From Bacteroidota bacterium (lineage in GTDB: Bacteria; Bacteroidota; Bacteroidia; Palsa-948), in the NCBI GenBank assembly GCA_016195025.1, contig JACQAL010000036.1:19411-83410 (forward strand): a stretch of DNA of 64,000 nt. The letters are read 5' to 3'. The stretch's first letter is position 1. Each line of letters starts with the position of its first letter. A program made the position numbers and the translations under genes. Positions 58,099-64,000 of this stretch are shown here, piece by piece. The notes under the pieces are model-generated. The model ran no database searches and was not told the origin of the DNA. It was given only the letters and a program-made list of their open reading frames with translations.

Positions 58099-58877
58099 AA
58101 AAAATATTTGTCATAAAGATTGGCGGCAACGTGATAGATGATGAAACGCAACTTTCATCTTTCCTGGATGATTTTTCTAAAATAAAAGAGATGAAAATTC
58201 TTATTCACGGTGGAGGAAAAATTGCAACAGAACTTTCCAAACAACTCGGCATAGAATCAAAAATGATAGACGGCAGAAGAATTACAGATTCAGAAACCTT
58301 GAAAGTTGTTCAGATGGTTTATGGCGGATTGATTAATAAAAATATTGTTGCAAAACTTCAAGGGAGAAAATGCAATGCGATTGGATTAACCGGAGCAGAT
58401 GGAAATATTATTCTGGCAAAAAAAAGAAAATCAGAAATTGATTATGGTTTTGTGGGCGATGTGAAAAAAGTCAATGCAGAAAAAATATTTTCAATTCTGA
58501 ATTCCGGATTGGTTCCTGTCATTGCTCCGCTCACACACAATGGTAAAGGACAAATTCTGAATACAAATGCTGACACAATAGCAGCGGCAGTGGCAGCGGC
58601 AGTAGCAGGCAAATACAATGTCACTTTAATTTACTGCTTTGAAAAATCAGGTGTGCTGAGAAATGTGGAAGATGAAAATTCTGTGATTAAGAGAATGAAT
58701 TCAACAGATTACAAAAAACACAAAGCAGAAGGAATAATTTCTAAAGGAATGATTCCCAAACTGGATAATGCCTTTGACGCGATTAAGAAAAAAGTAAAAT
58801 CAGTTGTAATTTGTCACTCAAAAGACTTGTCAAAAGTTGCTTCAAACAAAAAGGTTGGAACACGTCTTGAGAAATGA
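58095..58877 (+). CDS. argB: acetylglutamate kinase
   Basis: Amino-acid kinase fold, VIKIGG...HGGG. Confidence 0.85.
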   Translation: MKKIFVIKIGGNVIDDETQLSSFLDDFSKIKEMKILIHGGGKIATELSKQLGIESKMIDGRRITDSETLKVVQMVYGGLINKNIVAKLQGRKCNAIGLTGADGNIILAKKRKSEIDYGFVGDVKKVNAEKIFSILNSGLVPVIAPLTHNGKGQILNTNADTIAAAVAAAVAGKYNVTLIYCFEKSGVLRNVEDENSVIKRMNSTDYKKHKAEGIISKGMIPKLDNAFDAIKKKVKSVVICHSKDLSKVASNKKVGTRLEK

Positions 58878-59938
58878 CTATAGAAAATCTCATTAACGAA
58901 GCAACCGGACTTCTCAAAGAATTAATTTCAATTGAATCATTCAGCACGCAGGAAAATAAAACTGCCGATGCACTTCAGAATTTTTTTGAAAGACACGGAG
59001 TCAAAACTTTCCGGAAAGGAAATAACGTGTGGGCTAAGAACAAATATTTTGATTCTACAAAACCAACGATTCTTCTCAACTCCCATCACGATACAGTAAA
59101 ACCAAACGCGAGCTGGACACTGAATCCATTTCAATCAATAGTGAAAGATGAAAAACTTTTTGGTTTAGGAAGCAATGATGCGGGTGGTGCGTTAGTTTCT
59201 ATCATCGCAACTTTTCTTTACTTCAATGAAAATAAAAATCTGAAATATAATTTTATTATAGCAGGAACTGCGGAAGAAGAAAATTCCGGAAAAGGCGGAG
59301 TGGAATTAATGCGCGATGAAATAGGTAAAATAGATTTTGCTATTGTGGGTGAGCCCACTGAAATGAAAATGGCAGTTGCTGAAAAAGGATTGATGGTGCT
59401 GGATTGCATTGCAAAAGGAAAAGCGGGACACGCTGCGCGCGACATAGGAGAAAATGCAATTGTGAGTGCGATAAAAGATATTGAATGGTTTCATTCTTAC
59501 CAGTTCGATAAAGTTTCTGAAACGCTTGGACCAATTAAAATGACTTGTACAATTATAAATTCCGGAAGCCAGCATAATGTAATTCCTGATATCTGCAAGT
59601 TCACCGTTGATGTGCGCACAACAGAAGTTCATTTGAATGAAGTGGTTTTAGAAACTATCCGTGCGAATGTGAAAAGCAAAGTAACTCCGCGCTCCACGAG
59701 ATTGCAGCCATCCGGCATAGATAAAAATCAGTTGCTTGTTAAGACGGCAAAGAAACTTAGAATAGAAATTTTTGGTTCGGCAACAACTTCGGATATGGCG
59801 TTGTGGAAAGTTCCCGCAGTGAAAATGGGTCCCGGAAAATCTGAGCGTTCGCATACTGCGGATGAATTTATTTACTTAAAAGAAATTGAAGAAGGAATCA
59901 AAATCTATATTAAACTCTTGGAAGAAATTGTTTTATAG
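58874..59938 (+). CDS. argE: M20-family deacylase (acetylornithine deacetylase / succinylornithine desuccinylase)
   Basis: M20 metal-binding motifs (HHDTV, GTAEEE). Confidence 0.75.
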   Translation: MTIENLINEATGLLKELISIESFSTQENKTADALQNFFERHGVKTFRKGNNVWAKNKYFDSTKPTILLNSHHDTVKPNASWTLNPFQSIVKDEKLFGLGSNDAGGALVSIIATFLYFNENKNLKYNFIIAGTAEEENSGKGGVELMRDEIGKIDFAIVGEPTEMKMAVAEKGLMVLDCIAKGKAGHAARDIGENAIVSAIKDIEWFHSYQFDKVSETLGPIKMTCTIINSGSQHNVIPDICKFTVDVRTTEVHLNEVVLETIRANVKSKVTPRSTRLQPSGIDKNQLLVKTAKKLRIEIFGSATTSDMALWKVPAVKMGPGKSERSHTADEFIYLKEIEEGIKIYIKLLEEIVL

Positions 59939-59977
59939 TTCATTCGTATATTCGTAGCGATTCGTTATCCGTACCCT
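59939..59977. repeat. intergenic CGAA-periodic element (copy 3) between the argE stop and the argH start
   Basis: ttcattcgtatattcgtagcgattcgttatccgtaccct, then ATG. Confidence 0.6.
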
Positions 59978-61318
59978 ATGAAGTTGTGGCAGAAAAAAAT
60001 ATCCGTGAACAAGCAAGTTGAAAAATTCACCATCGGAAAAGACCGTGAATTGGATTTGCTATTAGCCGAACACGATGTGCTTGGCTCGATGGCGCACGCG
60101 AAAATGCTCGCGCACGTTGGCTTGCTGAAAAAAAATGATCAGAGAAAACTTCATTCGGAACTAAAAAATATTTTACAAAAAATTCAATTTGGAAAATTTG
60201 TAATTGAAAATGGTGTGGAGGATGTGCATTCGCAAATTGAATTTCTTTTGACTAAAAAGTTGGGAGAGATTGGGAAAAAAATTCATTCTGCCCGCTCGCG
60301 CAACGACCAGGTTCTGCTTGACATAAAACTTTTTTCAAGAATGGAAATTTTCAAAGTGGCAGAAAATGTTTCAGCGCTTTTCAATCTTTTTATTTCTCTC
60401 AGTAACAAGAACAAGAACAAACTTCTTCCCGGCTATACACATTTACAGATTGCGATGCCTTCTTCCTTCGGGCTTTGGTTTGGCGCGTATGCCGAAAGTT
60501 TAAAAGATGATTTAGAATTTTTGTTTTCAGTTTACAAAATCATAAACAAAAATCCGCTGGGTTCAGGAGCGGGATATGGTGGTTCACTTCCGATAAACAG
60601 AAATCTCACAACAAAACTTTTAGGTTTTGACGGACTGAATCATAATTCCGTTTATGCGCAAATGACAAGAGGGAAAACGAAAAAGCTGGTGAGCTATGCG
60701 CTGGCAAATATTGCTTCGACACTTTCAAAACTTGCAATGGATGTTTGCCTCTTTATGAACCAGAATTTTGATTTCATTTCTTTTCCGGAAGAATTAACCA
60801 CCGGCTCCAGCATTATGCCTCATAAAAAAAATCCTGATGTGTTTGAATTGATTCGCGGAAAGTGCAACCGGATGCAAATTCTTCCGGAACAGATTTCTGC
60901 AGTGACAAAAAATCTTCCATCCGGCTATCACAGGGATTTTCAAATTCTGAAAGAAATTTATTTTCCTGCTTTTGCTGAGTTGAATGATTGCCTGACAATG
61001 ACAACTTTTATGCTTGAAAAAATAAAAGTGAAAGACAATATTCTTTCAGATGAAAAATACAAATACCTTTTCAGCGTGGATGCTGTAAATGAACTGGTGA
61101 AAAAAGGAATGCCATTTCGCGAAGCATATAAAAAAGTCGGAGAGGAAATTGCTTCAGGAAAATTCTTCCGTCCGAAAAAAGTTTCTTACACGCATGAAGG
61201 AAGCATTGGCAATCTGAAGAATGAAGTGATTGTTCGGGAGATGAATGCGGTGAGAAAAAATTTCAGAAGAGAATCTGCAAGAGTGAAAAGGATACTAAAC
61301 AACCTTCAGAAGAAATAA
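59978..61318 (+). CDS. argH: argininosuccinate lyase
   Basis: Fumarate-lyase signature GSSIMPHKKNPD. Confidence 0.9.
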   Translation: MKLWQKKISVNKQVEKFTIGKDRELDLLLAEHDVLGSMAHAKMLAHVGLLKKNDQRKLHSELKNILQKIQFGKFVIENGVEDVHSQIEFLLTKKLGEIGKKIHSARSRNDQVLLDIKLFSRMEIFKVAENVSALFNLFISLSNKNKNKLLPGYTHLQIAMPSSFGLWFGAYAESLKDDLEFLFSVYKIINKNPLGSGAGYGGSLPINRNLTTKLLGFDGLNHNSVYAQMTRGKTKKLVSYALANIASTLSKLAMDVCLFMNQNFDFISFPEELTTGSSIMPHKKNPDVFELIRGKCNRMQILPEQISAVTKNLPSGYHRDFQILKEIYFPAFAELNDCLTMTTFMLEKIKVKDNILSDEKYKYLFSVDAVNELVKKGMPFREAYKKVGEEIASGKFFRPKKVSYTHEGSIGNLKNEVIVREMNAVRKNFRRESARVKRILNNLQKK

Positions 61319-61337
61319 ATTATTCATTAAAATTTTG

Positions 61338-61411
61338 TGGGCCCTGCTGGGAACGATCCAGCGACCCTCAGATTATGAGTCTGATGCTCTAACCAGCTGA
61401 GCTAAGGGCCC
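61338..61411 (-). tRNA. tRNA with anticodon CAT, most similar to the tRNA-Ile2 (lysidine) type
   Basis: The cloverleaf GGGCCCTTAGCTCAGCTGGTTAGAGCA... with anticodon loop CTCATAA. Its acceptor and T-stem are near-identical to E. coli tRNA-Ile2. The T-loop reads ATCGTTC. Confidence 0.7.
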
Positions 61412-61422
61412 AATTCTTATTT

Positions 61423-62070
61423 TTGGAATGCAAATTTAACTTTCCTGTGCAAATAAACAGTTCGATTAAGAATATCATTTTTGATTTGGGTGGAGTGATT
61501 CTCAATATTGATTATTCACTCTGCGAAAAAGCGTTTACAAAATTTGGAGTGCATGATTTTAAAAATATTTATTCGCAAAAAGGCCAGTTGGATTTGTTTG
61601 ATGATTTTGAAACAGGAAAAATTTCTGCCGGTGAATTCAGAACACGGCTTAAGAAATTAATTCCTCAGAAAGTTTCGGATGAACAATTTGATGAGGCATG
61701 GGATGCCATGCTTCTTGATTTGCCGAAAGAGAGAGTTGAATTATTGCAGAAGTTAAAAAAACAATATAGAACTTTTCTTCTCAGCAATACAAATGAAATC
61801 CATATTAAATGGGTTTCAGACCATCTCTTTCGGACTTTTGGATTTAAAATTTTTAATTCTCTTTTTGAAAAAGTATATTTCTCCTATGAGATGGGAATGA
61901 GAAAGCCCAATGCTGAAATCTTTGAGTTAGTTTTGAAAGAAAATAAGCTGAAAAAAGATGAAACACTTTTTATTGATGATTCCATACAGCATATTGAAAG
62001 TGCGAAGCAAATCGGAATTAAAACTTTATTCCTGGAGAAAGGAAAAACTATTTTGGATTTATTTACCTGA
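61423..62070 (+). CDS. HAD-superfamily hydrolase
   Basis: Motif I IIFDLGGV. Confidence 0.7.
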   Translation: MECKFNFPVQINSSIKNIIFDLGGVILNIDYSLCEKAFTKFGVHDFKNIYSQKGQLDLFDDFETGKISAGEFRTRLKKLIPQKVSDEQFDEAWDAMLLDLPKERVELLQKLKKQYRTFLLSNTNEIHIKWVSDHLFRTFGFKIFNSLFEKVYFSYEMGMRKPNAEIFELVLKENKLKKDETLFIDDSIQHIESAKQIGIKTLFLEKGKTILDLFT

Positions 62071-62464
62071 TTTCTTGACATAATTCCACCAGCACCCCAT
62101 TCGTGCTTTTGGGATGAAGAAAGCAAACCATTTTATTATCCGCTCCGTGAAAAGGTTCATCGCGTGTGAAAATAAATCCAGCTTCTTTCAGCCGTTTCAT
62201 TTCTGCTTTTATATCTTCCACTTCGTAAGCGATGTGATGAATACCTTCGCCTCTTTTCTCTATGAATTTTGCAACAGCACTTTCAGGATTTGAAGCTTCG
62301 AGCAATTCAATTTTTGTTTCACCTATCTGAAAAAAAGAAGTGGTTACTCCTTCGTGTTCTACTTTTTCTTCCTTATATAAATTTTTCCCAAAGAGTTTTG
62401 AAAAAAGTTTATTTGCTTCTTTTAAATTCTTTACAGCAATTCCTATATGTTCAACTTTTTTCAC
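62063..62464 (-). CDS. mce: methylmalonyl-CoA epimerase (VOC/glyoxalase fold)
   Basis: HIGIAV...GEGIHHIAYEV metal-ligand pattern. Size 133 aa. Confidence 0.75.
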   Translation of the reverse strand: MKKVEHIGIAVKNLKEANKLFSKLFGKNLYKEEKVEHEGVTTSFFQIGETKIELLEASNPESAVAKFIEKRGEGIHHIAYEVEDIKAEMKRLKEAGFIFTRDEPFHGADNKMVCFLHPKSTNGVLVELCQEIR

Positions 62465-62473
62465 AATAAAAAA

Positions 62474-62496
62474 CCCCTCTCCAAAGGGCAGAGGGG
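62474..62496 (-). terminator. rho-independent terminator for 62524..63315 (minus-strand sense)
   Basis: Stem cccctct/agagggg with a 9-nt loop. On the minus strand it is followed by a T6 run (plus-strand A-run 62467-62473). Confidence 0.5.
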
Positions 62497-62523
62497 AAAA
62501 TAATATCGGGGGTTTTTCAAGGG

Positions 62524-63315
62524 CTACTTCTTAATGAACTCAGCTGTTTTATTATCGTAGTTCAGATAATAAACTCCTTTGGCTAAGTTTGCGCAATCCA
62601 CTTCTTTGCCGAATCCTTTCTTCACCACGTTTCCATACTGGTCGTAAATTTCATAGAGCGTTTCGGCAGAAAATGTAATGTCTTTTGAAACTTTTACGGG
62701 AGCGTAAGTGACTTCGGCAATAGTTGAAACATATTTTACGGGCTTGGAATAGCGGGGTTGGCTGGTATAATCCACTTGCTTGAGGCGGATTTGATTTTCA
62801 CCGGAGTGAAGCGTGGTAACTTTGAAAACATAATCGTTGTTGTCACCAATTCCTTTTCCTTCGGTTTCGCCCACTTTCACCCATTTGTTCCAGCGGTATT
62901 GCTCAATCACAAACGGAAGTTTTCCGGTTTCATTTTTAGTTGTCCACTTCAGCGTTCCGTCCGCATCTAATTTCATGGCGGTAACTTCATAAGTGCTTTT
63001 TGGTTTGAGAACTTCCGGATTCAGAACTTTGGGTTTGCAATCGTCCTTGTGAGTAATCTTCACAGAAATTTTATCTCCAATCTTAAACTGGTAATTATTG
63101 AAATCAATTTCAAACGCGCTGGAGTTCACCTCATCGGTGGTAACCTGCCCGTTCACTTCCACTTTCTGAACGCAAAAACCCACACCGCTTCCGGCAAAAG
63201 GATTTTGCACGTATAAATTTTTCCCCTGGTAATTTCCTTCGAGAATAATGTTGCCCGCTGAAGAAATAAATGCAACACTAAGAAATGCCTGAATCAGAAA
63301 GATTGCTTTTTTCAT
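62524..63315 (-). CDS. hypothetical secreted beta-rich protein
   Basis: Signal peptide. The C-terminus ...GVYYLNYDNKTAEFIKK could be a T9SS type-B-like tail. Confidence 0.5.
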   Translation of the reverse strand: MKKAIFLIQAFLSVAFISSAGNIILEGNYQGKNLYVQNPFAGSGVGFCVQKVEVNGQVTTDEVNSSAFEIDFNNYQFKIGDKISVKITHKDDCKPKVLNPEVLKPKSTYEVTAMKLDADGTLKWTTKNETGKLPFVIEQYRWNKWVKVGETEGKGIGDNNDYVFKVTTLHSGENQIRLKQVDYTSQPRYSKPVKYVSTIAEVTYAPVKVSKDITFSAETLYEIYDQYGNVVKKGFGKEVDCANLAKGVYYLNYDNKTAEFIKK

Positions 63316-63446
63316 CCGCTTAAGAGGTCAGTTTTTTGCTTGGCAAATATAATACTTTATTGAAATGACAACTTTTTTTTGAACATTTTAAGGGGGCTCT
63401 CGGTGCTAATAATTTTTACTTTTGCGCGGGCGCAAAGTGTGTAAAT

Positions 63447-64000
63447 GAAAAAAATTTATTATATAGTCGGAATTATAGTATTGGCAGCATGCGGCAATCC
63501 GAATGGAATATCTCATCCCGAAGCCGCGGGCGGGCGCATATATGGCGGCACATTGAAAGTGAATGAAAATGACAAGTATGTTTCTCTGTATCCGCATCTG
63601 ATTACCGATGTAATTTCTCTCGATATTGCCAGCCAGATGTATGACGGGTTGGTTCGCATTGATGCAAAAAACATTGCCAAAATATTACCCGACATTGCAG
63701 AAAGCTGGACGATGGATGAATCGGGAACGGTTTATACTTTCAAGTTAAAGAAGGGCGTGAAGTTTCACGATGATGCTTGTTTCAAGGATGGAAAAGGGCG
63801 CGAAGTGAAAGCATCGGATTTCAAATATGTGTTTGATTTGCTTTTTGACGAAGGCGAGAAAACAAGTTTTGCTTCCACGTTCAAGCAGCGAATCAAAGGC
63901 GGAAAAGAGGGCGTGAAGGCGCCCGATGATTACACGCTTCAGATTACGCTCGCTTCTCCCACCGGAGTTTTTTTGTATTTGCTTGCCGGTTCGCAGGGAT
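63447..64000 (+). CDS. 5' part of an ABC transporter substrate-binding lipoprotein (family 5, peptide/nickel type); it continues beyond the window
   Basis: Lipobox LAACGN. The sequence ...VSLDIASQMYDGLVRID...ESWTMDESGTVYTFKLKKGVKFHDD is SBP_bac_5-like. Confidence 0.7.

Overview
This is a low-GC (~40%) Bacteroidota-type chromosomal segment. The call rests on T9SS C-terminal sorting domains, a TonB-dependent receptor, a GNAT-led arginine cluster with the N-acyl-ornithine transcarbamylase arrangement, and the absence of Shine-Dalgarno sites. In order, the window holds:
- the gatB 3' end, a TlpA-like lipoprotein and hldD;
- three T9SS cargo paralogs, followed by a short AT-rich accessory stretch with hypothetical genes, a possible IS HTH remnant and a 21-bp tandem repeat;
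- a second TlpA-like gene, then rseP, dxr and an M23 peptidase;
- a sulfate-assimilation operon (sir, cobA, cysG-N::TauE fusion, cysH, cysD), with two tiny ORFs carrying four consecutive Cys codons in front of it and inside it;
- a short block bounded by three tRNAs that carries an orphan LytTR response regulator;
- ybeY, accC, a DUF785 protease, a 1060-aa beta-propeller sensor fused to a PP2C phosphatase, and a YceI-like protein;
- a 2119-aa thioester alpha-2-macroglobulin next to a TPR histidine kinase;
- a long minus-strand efflux operon (TetR, TolC, MFP, MFS, RND, ABC ATPase, ABC permease), a TonB-dependent receptor and a DUF4154 protein;
- asnS and rpoN, a lipoprotein and a PAP2-like membrane protein;
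- the Bacteroidota arginine cluster (GNAT, argG, argC, argD, argF', argB, argE, argH);
- a CAU-anticodon tRNA, a HAD hydrolase, methylmalonyl-CoA epimerase, a secreted hypothetical and the start of a peptide-type ABC substrate-binding protein.
The most interesting signals are the two cysteine-codon leader peptides (the first followed by an intrinsic terminator with a competing antiterminator) and a recurring CGAA-periodic intergenic element found at four gene junctions.
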